Shown here in pieces: positions 39,880 through 52,050 of a stretch of 64,000 bases of DNA. The notes under the pieces are model-generated. The model made no database searches, was not told where the DNA came from, and was given only the letters and a program-made list of their open reading frames with translations. How positions within the stretch are numbered: position 1 is the stretch's first letter; the number at the start of each line of letters is the position of its first letter. The position numbers and the translations under genes are program-made. Origin of the DNA: Raillietiella orientalis (Eukaryota); NCBI GenBank assembly GCA_036172245.1, contig JAYWIR010000048.1:372001-436000 (forward strand), read 5' to 3'.

Positions 39880-41298
39880 CATGCTCACTGAGGATCCTGG
39901 GGCAAGGCACGATCCCGACTCTTTGGAGGAAGGATTCGTTGCTTCCGCGTCGCGATTCCCCGTGGTTTGGTGTCGCGATCCCCGTGGCGACGAGCGAAGA
40001 AGCTCCGCTTCAGCAGTTCATCTCCCGGCTGCGGAACGGAAGCTGTGCCGTGCCTGCGCAGGCTCCCGGTCGCCTGCATGGGTCTTCGTGAGAATCGCAG
40101 TCGAACAGTGGGATTTATCCCGGAGGACCTGGCTTTTCTGCCAGCGGAAAACCCTCGAGGGGAAAACCCTTTTCTGCCAGGGATGGAGGCCGCTTGACTC
40201 CGCTCTCCGTGCGGGGTACGGAACGTTTGCGGGTTCGAATCCTCCCCGGAAAAGGATCGACCCCGAGAAACGGGTGCGTCATAGGTTTCCAGTTCCCCTC
40301 CCACAGGACAACCCTGGCAGGCTATTCGGGTGCGGCGGCACAGATGGAAGCCGGAAACCGGATGTGCCCGTTGACTGGTCGGGACTGGAAGCTGACCCTC
40401 CGGGGTTCCCCTTCACCTCTCCAAAGTGCGAAAAAGCTGGCTGCTCCCTTCGACAGCGACCCCTCAGAGAAAATTTGAAAGCGGCCATTACAGACCAGGG
40501 GTATCCCTCCGGAGAGAATGAGGAAGAGGTTTCCACTAGGATTCCCTCCTTTGCGTGAGAGAAAGCGGAGAGTCGGCATTGATGGTGTTGCATTGGAACT
40601 TGCCGTGCAAGGCACGCCTTCACCACTGGACACGGGGAAGTGAGAACGCTCAGAGTGCGACAGGCGCAAGAAAAAGGAAGCCCTCCCGCACCTGCTGTTG
40701 GACTGTGCTGCCCTTCGATCCCTTTGGGATCGCCTCGCAACGATCCCAAGAATCCAAGCGGGCGGCCCAGGGGCATTTTCAGACACCTCTTCGTGCGTAC
40801 TGCCACACTGCCGCCGAACGCACTCTTTTCAGTTCTCTGCTGTCTTCGCGGGATCGTGGCGGCCTGGAACGCCAGAAGAAGCCGAAATGGTAGGGACGCC
40901 ATCCACCGGGAGCGGATCTACTTGAGGACCTCCTCGAGGTGTCTCCAGCTGGGCGTTATACGGACGGAACTTGCCGGTATCCTGAACAGGATGCAGAGGA
41001 CGCCAGTCAGCGTGCCGTGATCTCTTCCTCGATCCCCCCCCCCCCCGCGTGTATTATCTCTTCTCTCTTCTTTTTTGTGTGTGTTTCTTTGTTTTTCCTT
41101 CCCTCACACTGCCGAAGCGGACGTCACCGGTCTGCACACCGCTCTTCGGCAGATTTATTGCACGTGGTAGAACCAAGGGCTCCACACAATGTGGATTTAT
41201 TCCACATTGTGGAATAAATCCACATTGCATGTATTTTTATCAATGTATGTATTTTTATCACCTAAAGTAATAAATGCTCCGTCATAACCGGGTGATAA
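39880..41298 (+). mobile_element. LINE ORF2 3' part plus 3' tail
   Basis: Homologous to the 7.2-8.0 kb region. 40720-41015 is nearly identical to 60825-61118(-) (PLGSPRNDPKNPSGRPRGIFRHLFVRTA...). It ends AATAAATGCTCCGTCATAACCGGGTGATAA. Confidence 0.85.
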
Positions 41299-42344
41299 TC
41301 ATCTTGGGTCTCTGCCCGTCCAGTGCATGACGACGTGTGGCAGCAGGAGGCTTTGGGTTAGCTGGGATTAGCATAGGAGTGCACAGCCTCTTGGTCCTGT
41401 CCAATGCCTCGGGATGGTTCCCATGCGGGAAACACGACAAGATCCCAAGAAGTGGCACGCGCCACACCGCCACTTCCATAGCCGCAGCGCCTTCCTGTTT
41501 ATGGGCGAGAGATAGTAGCCTGCTGGCTAGTTGGAAAATTTCCTGCATGATTACAGAGGACGAAAACCTTTAAAAGGTTGGGTAACGTGGAAACTCCCTG
41601 ATACAGTAAGACCTCGTGTTCGCGTCCAAAGATGATTCTGGTAGCGTTCTCTTGAATGGACTGAGTGTTACCACCATTCTCCTTGACAGATGGGAGCTTC
41701 CCCTTCCGGTGACTACATGCAGCGACACTCTTCTTGTACTGGAGCTTTCCGTTGAACCAATCCCGGCAGCGGTCGAGCAAAAATCTCGGGTGTCCTCAAA
41801 TGCTTTAGGTACTCAAGGTTCAGGCGCTCTTGTACCTGTTGGTCGGACTGCGAGTTTCTGAAGCTCACGAATGCAGCGTACCTCTTGCACCCGAAGAACT
41901 CTTCTCAGCATTTTCGGCAGAGGTACTTCACATCGCAAGGACCACGAAGACGCTGAAGATGCCGTTCTGCATTTGAGAAGTGGTTGCGACCCGCCAAGAG
42001 GTGGAGCGATGACAGCGCTCAGACGGACGTCATCCGTTTTATCGACACCTAACGAAGGGGATAGCAAGTTGGTTTTTTCTTCTCTCTGAAATCAGGTAAG
42101 AGAACTTTCGCATCTCAGGCAGGCTATCTGAAAGACGCGGGGCATGAACTCCACCTCTCCTATTATCCCTTGTGCCGGAGCCGATTCATTTCCGGTAGAT
42201 TATGTGCCCGATCGTCACGCCGGAAGGACTTTGGATGCTGGAGATGCTGTGCTACATCTGATCGGCATCCCCATACACTTCGGAAGACGGCCTTCCAGGC
42301 CATCCCTCCATGATGATAGGAGTGGCAAGATGACCTAATTGGCT

Positions 42345-42740
42345 AGAAATCGAGGATGACGCCATCTGCATCCCAAGCAGGGCTATAAGAAAGAACTGGA
42401 CACCGTCTCCTTCTTCCCCCTCCCTGGATTGCCGTGTAATTACTCCCGCATCTGGTGTTCTCTACTTTTTCTTTCTTTCTGATATTTATTAATGCACTTT
42501 GGGCAAGTTTTCTTGAGGATTTTTTTTTCCTTTTAGTTCTTTCGTTTCCTTTCTTAACCCTCACGTACTGCGCCTGTTTTTTTTCTTTTTTTTTCTTGCA
42601 TGATGCCAACCATCGAGTCGATGTAATCCCTGACAGCGCCTTCTTCGTACTTGGCTTGTTTGTTTGTTTTTACACTCGAGCGGACGTCCCGTCACACTGG
42701 AACGTTTATTTGAATACAGGAACCGGCATGACCGGGTTGG
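42345..42740 (+). repeat. LINE 3'-UTR-like segment, direct repeat of 55097-55483
   Basis: Shared blocks such as AAGCAGGGCTATAAGAAAGA and CTTGCATGATGCCAACC...TAATCCCTGACAGCGCCTTCTTCGTACTTGGCTTGTTTGTTTGT. Confidence 0.9.
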
Positions 42741-43659
42741 AAGCAACGACGAAGCTGATCAAGCGGAAGTGAACCGGTCGAAGCTGTAGATAAATACTTC
42801 TCTTTCCAGGAATCAAAGTGATTCCTTGCCTGATGAAGCAGAGCCTTTCCAGGGATCAAAGGAAAAACACAAGCTCTTGCTCAGACATCCTAGAAAGACT
42901 TTTAGAGCCATAGAGCGTTGAGTTGCTCGAAAGTAGATTTCCGGGCTCACGTTGGACGCTTCCTTACATGCTCATCATCTGTTAGAATTTCTGGGAAGCA
43001 AACGCGTGCTTCCAGGGGTTACTCAACGCGACTGGATGAAACTGGAAGCGTCCGTGCTTCCATAAGGGTGGAAGCTATGGTGAATCCCATGGCATGAGAA
43101 AGCGGTGGATCAGCGTCGTGTCATTCGAGAGGCCTCTCGGAGTTCTGTTACTTTGGACACATCTTCAGAATCATCTCGACAGAGCTTGTGATTCCAGCCA
43201 GCTGCTACTCGCGAATACAAGATTTTTTTCTTGTCTCCTTACTGATACATCAGGTGCCGCTCCGAGAAAAGTAAAAAAGACTACGCGAGGCTGCTCTGTC
43301 GGCGAACGATCAGCCATACAAGGAGATAGACTTCCCAGTTTTTCCAGACTTCGCATAACCTCGATAATTTGAGGGACAAGTTGTCACGCTGGACGTCTTC
43401 ATCACCCCTCTGAAAGCCTCCCGACCACCTTAGAGGAGTCTATGGCGAAAGGAGAAATCATAACAGAAACTGCTCTTCCATTCTTCGCCTGAAGGGAGCC
43501 AGCCTTGAGAGGGCACTCGTCGTAGGGATTGTTGGGATCCTGGGGTTCTGGAAGTGGTGTGCTGCTAAGAGAATTCAAGATCCCAGGACGACAGGAGTTA
43601 TGACACATCAGGAAGGATATAGCGTTCTAATAGATGTCCAGTACTGCTAGGACATCTAC

Positions 43660-43908
43660 TAGGAGCATGGACTGTGTCACCGGCCCAGGAAGAAGCAACC
43701 TTTGTGGAGCTGTTGGCTCTTTTCATGGACGGCACAGTTCAAGGACGGGAGACCCCAGTGTAGTATCAGCACCGCCGGTCTGCGCGCTGGCTACTCGGAA
43801 AGTTCAGAGTTTGTATAGGACGCTGTAGGGGCAATGGCCCTACACATGCTTGTTTTTTTTTTTTTTTTTTTTACAGAAATAAACGCCCCGGCGTACCCGG
43901 GTGTGAAA
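43660..43908 (+). mobile_element. LINE 3'-tail fragment abutting the RT copy
   Basis: Contains hairpin A (43774-43791), hairpin B (43824-43844), a T-tract, and AATAAACGCCCCGGCGTACCCGGGTGTGAAA. Confidence 0.8.
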
Positions 43909-46200
43909 GCAGCGCCGATTGCTGCCACTTGAGAGGAAGCACCTTTCTGTCCATAAACAAGGGGAGCACTTCCAACGCTTCGCTCCAATGTTCCAGTCCT
44001 TTGGAGACGGTTCTTGATGTTGCTGAGTCAGCCAGCTGTCGCGTAGTCCAAACACCGATAGGCTTCCTGCGAACCGAGATCTCTCAGGAAACCTCCCATT
44101 TCGCCGGTAGGCAGGTGCCATGTACCCCGACAGCGGAGGACACCGCTGCGGCGAAGGGGGTGGCTGGTGAGTAGGCCAACATAGTCAGCTCACTACCCAC
44201 CGCCTCCAGTGTTCCGCTGTTCTTCTGAAACTGTCGGCAGCGGGTGACTTCCCACGGAACCTGGGTGAGCTGGGCCCACGTCCTCACTTTCTCCTGCCTC
44301 CAGGCCGGAGCATTCGCAGGGCGGCAGCGAATCCACGTGTTTGCTCTCACCAGAGCAGCAATGCACCGGAAGGAGGTGCAAGATGGGTGGCGCCACGCAA
44401 ATAGGGTTGCGAGTCTTCCGCCATCGACCGCCAGCTGGAAGAGCAAGCGTGCAGGGGCGCACCAATAGGTGACCCAGTTCTGTGCCACGAAGACTAGTCT
44501 TCGAAAGTTCAACTGAATTTCCATGCGCTCCAACGTCAGGAGTCCAAGTTCTCCGCTGCGACGAGGAGCACACAAGTCTTTTAATCGGACTCGGGATTTC
44601 CCATTGCCCCAGAGGGCTTTACGAAGGAGACCCTTCGTCCTTTTCACCACCCCGGGGAGAGAGGGGCAAACAAAAAGCAGAGGTCGGAGGACGCTGGCCT
44701 CAAAAGTGTTCCAAATGACGGCCCGCTCTGGCAACAGGAAGTTGCCTCCTTGGAACGGGCCGAGCACCGACTCTGCCTTCTGGAGGCAGTCGGACCACGC
44801 TTCCGTAGGGAAAATGTCCTCCATCGTCAGCCCTAGGTACCTGAAGTACGGCACCGTGGGGGTCCCCAAACTGCCCAGCCCACGTCGCGCCGACCGGGAA
44901 CACGCTTGACTTTGCTCCGTTCACCTCCATGCCGGCTCCCCTGCTTAACAGCTCGAAGAATTCCTCGAGTGCCTCTGCAGGGAAAGATATGGGGAGCAGC
45001 AGCAAGAAGTCATCTGCATAGTCAAACACGGCCGGCATACCGGGGCACGAGCTCAGCAGGGAAGCCAGAGTATCCCTGTACGCCGTCAGCACCAACTCGG
45101 AGTAGGTGCTGAAGAGTAAGGGGCTCAGGGGCTGTCTCCCTGCCTCACGCCGCGCCGCACCGCAATGTCGTACACGTGCCGGCCGCTGAAAAAAATGTTC
45201 AGCGTTGCAGAGCGCCATCTGGAGCGCAGATAGGCCAGGAAGGCGGTCGGGAATACCAAGCGTTCCAGAAGCTCCAAGAGGAGCTCCTGCTCGACGCAGT
45301 CGAGCGCTTTGCTGGCTGGAGCAATGGTCCAGCCACTGCACGTCTTTCTTAAAGTTTATTGTTTCAATAAACACCCCGGCGAAATCCGGGTGAAGATCGA
45401 GCGCTTTGCTCAGATCGACGGAGACAGCCAGGGCTCCCTACTCATCCCACGACATGAGGTCTCCCTGTCCTGGGCTCTTGGGAAATCTTAGATTCCCCCT
45501 GCCTTCTGTGTCACCCTGCTGGAGCAACGCGAGCCAGGTCCGCGCGAGGAACAGGTTGGCTTTTGTCGATCGGCCGGGAACAGCGTACTAAGAACTTATG
45601 AACGACTTATGAACGTTTCGGCCACCCGTCCGAATCTCTCGGACCACAGCTTCGCCAGCAACTTGGAGTCTGTATTAACCACAGTAATCTGCCGTTAATT
45701 TCCGATGTTGAGTGGGTCTCTTCCCTTCGGGAGGAGCCTTACTTTAGCGGATAGGAACGAGTCGGAAGCCTCGCCCGTTTCCCGAGTCAGCACTTGCATC
45801 TTTTGCACCAGGGGCGCGAGCTCTGCAGCAAAGCTCTGGTAGAACTCTGCGGGCAGGCCGTCCTCCCCTGGCACTTTCCTTTTCCGGAGCTTTCCGATGG
45901 AGCCGATGATTTCGCCAATCGAGAAAAGCTCCGCAAGCTGCTGCCGCCCTTCCTCCCCTAACGCTGGAGCACCTTCTGGCAGCAAACGCCGCGAGAAGCC
46001 GCGCTCCAGTGGTGCTTTGTGCGAAGGAAGGAGCTGTGATCGCAGCAGCCGGTAGCACTCCGCGCCATAGTGATAGTCCGGCATGTGTTAAGGTCAGGTT
46101 CGCAGCAAAGAGAGGCCACCTGGTGGACCGCTATTCGCCGCAAACAAGGTGGCCTCATCTACCAGAAGAAGTCGCTGGGGAGATCGCCACCGTCCAGAGA
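43905..46200 (-). pseudogene. Best-preserved L1/Tx1-clade reverse transcriptase (ORF2), broken by stops, frameshifts and an insertion
   Basis: Motifs in order: KVPGEDGLPAEFY, LLPKG.DP..IGN*RQITVVNTDSK, *YAVPGRS, VDLSKALD, RRGVRQGD/PLSPLLF, YADD, GMEVNGAKS, FRYLG, ALWG...GELGL. Confidence 0.93.
45314..45396 (+). mobile_element. 83-bp tail-only insertion with perfect 14-bp TSD inside the RT
   Basis: TSD TCGAGCGCTTTGCT at 45300-45313 and 45397-45410. Removing the insert and one TSD restores DLSKALDCVEQELLLELLER. Confidence 0.95.
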
Positions 46201-46209
46201 TGCTTCTAG

Positions 46210-46424
46210 AAGGAAAGAAGCGTCTTTAACCAGAGCCCCCTGTTCCCGCACTTCCATCTTTTTTATCTATTTATTGTCCCCTCCCCCCGTTCCCTACTTT
46301 TTGGAAGCTGACCTGAGTGCCAGTGGTAACCCGATTAAACTTCCATTTTTTTCTGCATTTCTTGTTTTTACCTTGTAGTTTGTTTGTTTTTTTAAATAAA
46401 CGTCCCGGAGTCACTGGGTATGAA
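46210..46424 (+). mobile_element. LINE 3'-tail fragment
   Basis: Pyrimidine tract, a hairpin A variant (GCTGACCTGAGTGCCAGT), then AATAAACGTCCCGGAGTCACTGGGTATGAA. Confidence 0.8.
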
Positions 46425-47099
46425 CCGAATTCGGGGACTCATCATCTATCCTTCTTTGCAGTCTTTGATTGTTCATCATCAGATCAAACACCATTGAGTT
46501 GGTGATTGCGGTTAAAAGGAATTATTCGTCCCCTATGTTTCCAGCAGAGGAAGGCGTCCAGTTTGCCAAGCAGAGCAGTCAAGACGATGAGGGAAGACTT
46601 TCGATGGCTTCAGCTGGAAGAAAGGTAAAAAGGCTTGAAGTTTTGGTACGGGCCTACTTCAAGAGAGAAGGATGAGAAACAAGTTTGCAGAAGTCGAAAT
46701 CAACTAAGGCACTCGGTGAGAGAGATACAAGCGTCATTCAAGGGATCGTACTCCATGAGTCTCTAAAAAGAATGTTCTATGAAACAGATTTTTAAATCCT
46801 GAGAGCTCCAGCCGGGGAGCTGAAGGTTAACTGGTCATTTTCATCATGCAAGCACTTCCATCTGCAGGTGGACTCAGACAACAGGCGACCTTCGAACTTC
46901 CTAAAGGTCCTCACCATTGACAGCTGGCATCTCCAAGCAAGTCTTTCGTAGGTTAGGCACCTCTTCGACAACTATAAGCAAGAATTCCACGTTCTCATTC
47001 GTACCCTTCCTCAACGGGAGAACCGAAGGAATCCAAGGTTGCTCTTGCGGTTGTGAGCACATCTCAGAGCAGATTCTCTGCATCCGTTCGCCGGGGTTC

Positions 47100-50000
47100 G
47101 CGGTAGCTCCCGGACTAGAAAGTTAGGTTAGCAAGGCAAAGATATGACATGTGTTGAAAAGTTCCCGGGCCCTCGGAGATCGGCAAGGCGTGCTGAAATG
47201 TTTCATCCGCAGCAGGCAAAACGTTCTCTACGTGTTCTTCCTTGTTATTCGTTCTAGTCTGCATCCTCAGGAATGCCGTGTCACAGCCTCCACCACAAGC
47301 AGTGATCTTCAACGGGCGGATGCAAAGAAGCGAGCACCGAGGTGAGCTTAGGATCCCACCGAGATGAGCTCGGAAACCTCCCTTTAGGAAGGGGGACTGT
47401 TGTGACAGCATGCGCCTGTGCCGCCTCGGCCACCAGAGCCTTTTCAGGAAGCGCAGAGGAAGATGTCAAGTCCATGCTGCTTAGAGATTGATGCATTTGG
47501 CTCCAGAAAGACGAAAAAAAATCACTGATGATGGGAACTCTTCGGAAAGCCGTGCTGAACCTTCCGTGTGGTGCTTCTCTTTCCACACCAACAAAAAGGA
47601 AAGAATAAAAGCTGCTCTTAACCAATAAATCAATTAAAAGGGAAGAGCAGCGTTTCAGCACCTCTTACTGAACATGACAGAGATGAAAGCGCAAAGGATT
47701 TCTCATCTTTGAGGCTGCTCCCTTCTTCGTTCTTCTCGAGAGAAGCGTGCTGTTCTGGGAGGTGGATTGCAAGATCCAAAGCATGCCAAAGCAGGCGACG
47801 AGAAGGGACGGCATCTCCAGGAATTTCCAGTTGTCGTGCGGCGGCAGTCTTCGACCAAAGTGGCGCTTTGTTGATCTTTTTCGTCGAAGCAACTGTAAAC
47901 GCATCCCGAATCCGAGTAATGTCTCACTGGTGTGCTTACCTGAAAAGCAAGCATGCCAGGAATAAGAAAAAAAAAAAGGAAAAGAGAGACGATTCGCCCA
48001 ATGACGAGACTTCTTTTGAAGCGCAGCTCCTACTTCAAGGCTGATAATACTCTCGTGCAGATACCGCCAATACCTGCGGGATTGCTCCCACGGAGGACCA
48101 AATGACCACATGGTGTTGCAGTTGCACGGAGAGGGTCACGCCATGTGGCCTCGCTGCCGGTCAAAAATAGTGAGGTGGTAGGTTTGGTGAGTTTCCACGG
48201 CGCTTTTTGTCGCTTGTCCAATAGGGCTTTCGGATTCCTAGAACTGGAAACCCCTGCTGTTCTTCGGAAAAACGGGAGCAGAGAGGTCTCCCTGTCAGAA
48301 CAAAGTTTAGAGTTAACTGTGTGTACTCGAGATCTGGAAGGGGTCGAAGCACAGATTCGTGTCGTCGGCTTCCCGAAGGTCTTAGCTGCCAGTCTGAGCT
48401 TCGGGTGAGAAGCAGCCTCCGAAAGAAACCGAGAAAGGAAGATGTTGCAGCACCTGAAGGGAAACGTGATGTTGCCACAGAATCCAACTGCACCCCACGG
48501 CAGCAGCCGACTGGGAAACAGGGGTCAGTTTGGCATCGGGGAATTTTCGCCATGTCTCTGTAGGTCGAAACTTCGTTTCGTTTCACGAGCGTAAAGTTCT
48601 TTACCCAATCTGCTCTCGCGGCATCTCTTGTTGAGGCGCCGTCACGAGAGCTGTGGAATGCAACGACTGGAACAGCAGCAGCTGCTCGCTTTCCGTTCCT
48701 CTCACGGACTTGCGATCTCGTAGTCCGAGAGGCGCTGCGGTCTGTCGAGGCTGACACAACTGTCGGGGAGGCTCGGTGCAAAAGGCGATGAACTGATGAG
48801 AGCCACGGTTTGTCCTGCAGAAGAACTCCTCAGAGGACGCAGGTAACTGGAGGAGTTGGCTACCTTTCATGGATCATCATCAGGCAAGCAGAAGAAAGAA
48901 CATGGCAGGGAAAACAGAAATCAAAGTGCTTCATACTGAAAAACAAAAATTCTGAGATGTTCTTTCAGTGGCAGAAAAAATGGTACTCGGAGAGCGCTCA
49001 CGAAAGCATTCATTCAAAATTTGGCAATTGAGCTAATGCAAGAAAGCGGGCACAAACACCTGAGGAGGGGAAGTTTTGCACCATTTTCATTTTTCTCTTC
49101 GACCCTTCCTATGATTATCGATCGATTACGGACCATCCATCCATTCGCCCATTACGGACGGCGACCCACTCGATCTTTCCGGCCCACGTCCCAGTAATAT
49201 ACGGCATGTTCGAGCACATCTACTCTTTCCTAATGTCCTCCAGCCGCCTTCTTCTTCGGAATTTTTGGATTCCCCAACACCTCCTCGTTCCTGTATTTCA
49301 GGATCCCGGAGATGCTGCCAGCTTGTTCCTACGATGGCAGCTGCTCCTCAGGAGACGAAGCGGAGGTCTAGTCCTCGGTACTTGCTCTTTTGCTTTCGTC
49401 ATGTCTCTACCACCGCCCTTTGCCTCGAACCTTGGTGAGCTCAGCGACGTCCAGCATGACCACCTTCCCTTCGCCGCAAGCCACTAGGTTTAGTCTCGGA
49501 TCTTCGCCATTCTGTTCGGTGGATTAAAGAAACACATCTCCTTACGAGCTGTCTGCCCATCTTGACGGATGGGCATTCATCAACAATCAGACAGCTTGCA
49601 ATTTGATGCCATTGCTGAGGAATAGGCATTCATCGACACTGACATCCCACTCCGCCTTCCTTCTGAATACCCGCAGCCATTGCCAGTGCACCAGGTTTGG
49701 GAAGAAGAATAGCTTTCACGAGATCCAGCCGTCGACAAGGTTACAGCCCGCAGTCGACTGTGGCGTTGCTCTTGCAAGACCTGTTGAGTACGCTTCTCAT
49801 CTTACACACCCTATGCACAGCGCCGTCCGTGGTAGGCGATGCCATCGGAGACAGAAGACTACGCCAAGACGCTTGGGTGAACCTGCAATCTGCGTACCGA
49901 AGCTGTCCTCATTTGAATCGAAAATGCCCCAAAGTCCGGCGCTACCCAACGCCAGACGTGGCCTTGCCGTGGTCCACGACGGAGGTCCTTGCGCTGCGCT

Positions 50001-50400
50001 GTTCGTAAGCTCCAGGTGATTTTCTTTCTCACATGCCCGTTCAATTGGAGTTTTCAAATGTGATCTTGGGCAATTGTTTTTCAGAAATCCATTTTACCTC
50101 GATTCTTCTGAAAGATTGTCATGCTTGGCAACGTCCAGCTGCCTTTGATGTGGTTTCTGAGCTTGCTCTACTTTACTTTAACGGCTCTAGACGTGAAACC
50201 CTCCAGATCTGCATCATTCGCCCATGGTGTTCCAAGCTGCGTTCCACCGCGCACCTCAACGCTCTTTGGAGCAGATGCCTCGATAGTATCCGATCCGAAG
50301 AAGCCAACAGTTTTGAAGCAGCTTCCAACAACCAGCTTCATTGGGTTCATGAGGTAACGCGAGCCATCCCATTGACTTATCAAAAGTGATTGGGGAGTGC
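47100..50400 (-). pseudogene. Old decayed LINE ORF2, interrupted around 48.9-49.45 kb
   Basis: LGSAGLWGIF (PG.DGL..EF), RAVTLST (RPITL), GYSEGR (GF..GR), EEFF..RG...FCTEP and FLGF appear in RT order. Confidence 0.5.
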
Positions 50401-51749
50401 TTACGTGATGGAAACCACTTGGCCATTTGTTTACTTATTGAATAACCACGTAAGTCGGGCTTCCTGTGAGTTGGTGACATGTCTCATCCGCTCAGGGACG
50501 TTGGCAAAATTGCCTTGAGCGAGAAGAGACTGAGTGGCCGGAAGAGGCTGAACGATTGCAGCGCCGATCGAAAGTCTTTTGGACTGTCCTTTGAAATTTT
50601 TCTCTTTTCGTTTTTTGAACGACGATCGTTTAATCGAATCGTCGCCGCCCAGTACGTTCTTCGCTCAGAGATCTAACTTCGGATTCAGTTTGCCGAGAAA
50701 CTCACGTGCTCAGGAAAATGATCCATGGCTTGCAGGCAAAATTTTCGTGGCAGCATCCGGAGTCGTTAAATTCACAGATCATCTGTTCAAATAACTGTGA
50801 ATTCCAAAGGCTAAATTCTTACTCTGAACGCAGGGAAGAAGGGGCTCAGGAGAAGATTTTCATTCTTGGGATGAGCTAGAAGGCTGACGGTGAGAATACG
50901 CACAAAAAAAAATCAAACTGATGGAGAGTGCATCTTCTGCATAAGGGTTCTACCGGAAGATGTTCGAAGAAACTTTCCCAGCGACTCACACAAAGGATCT
51001 TCAACAACAAAAGACCACATGTGAAACGTGCGAGAGAGGGATGACACAATGCAGGCAAACACGTGAAGGAGTGGAGATGCAACAAAAAACAAAAGGAGCG
51101 AGATGCTGCTGACGGATCTCCAGAGATCCGCGAGTTGCATGTTTGTCCAAGGAAGATACGAGGAGAGCTCGGACTTTGCTGGGAGGAAGTGAGATTACCG
51201 AGAGACATTCCTGAGACTTATAGTCTGCGGGAGGAGCGGAAGGACTACTGGCGAGACTTGAGATGAAAGCATCACAAAAAAGAGGATGAGAGAGAAACTT
51301 CATGATGATTTCGGCAGAGGTTCTCAGGCGGGTGGGTGGGTGAGGGAGGGGAAGATTCAACCCGTACGAAGCAGTCCCGAACTCGGCCGGAATCCAATGG
51401 AACGAGCCGACGTGCTCACACAAAGAGGGAAGCCGTAATGCATTTTGCCTCCTCGAAGACTGTAACGCGAATCCGAATGCCCTTTCCTGTTGATCCCTGT
51501 TGCGGGATCAGGCACAGGCCAAAATCTTGCGTGTCTTCGTCTCTGGCAAGTGGGAGGATCATGAAGGGGTCGATCCGCACCTTGAAAAATTTCCTCCTTG
51601 CTTCAGTGCCCAGTGAATTAAGGAAGTGTTTCGTACAGAGAAAGGCGTGCCCCGCTCCTAGCACCACCGCCCGCTCGGTTCGTTCGCTCCTCCTGGCGCA
51701 CCTCCAGCTTCTCCCTCTGCAGAACAAGGACTCTTCCTCTTTGGCTCCC

Positions 51750-52050
51750 ATATCTCTTGGCCATGCTGCTTACTCTTTGGCTTGCTCAGCTCTGCGGGCT
51801 TTTCCACAGTTCGACTCGCGGCGGCGTGAATCTATTAATCCCTAAAAGCAACTATCCAAGCGAACAGTTCACTGTTGCCCAGGCAACAGTGAGGCCTTTC
51901 ATCTCGTTACAGGACAAGGGCACCATTGCACCTGTTCGATGCGTTGTTCACAAGGGAAAGGAGAAAGGTCCAAACACTGCACTTTTCCCCTCAGAGTCTT
52001 TCAGTCAGGGGAGTGTTCGCCTCCAGGATGTTTTAGAGTGTCCCAGCTAG
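51750..52050 (+). pseudogene. Decayed RT N-terminal fragment
   Basis: GGVNLLIPK...VRPFISL resembles G.I.LIPK...RPISL. Confidence 0.45.

Noticed and set aside
40225..40250. tRNA or SINE B-box-like GGTTCGAATCC
   Set aside because: There is no cloverleaf or A box. The same word occurs at homologous positions of LINE copies (~7505, ~9103).
36465..40558. Long ORFs 36465..37472 (335 aa) and 39494..40558 (354 aa) as host genes
   Set aside because: They have no recognisable domain and lie in or antisense to GC-rich LINE remnants.
43905..46200. Prokaryotic RT system (group II intron, retron or DGR)
   Set aside because: The PG.DG, YAVPGRS and YLG...W...GELGL motifs, the TSDs, and the spliceosomal host gene all indicate a eukaryotic non-LTR element.
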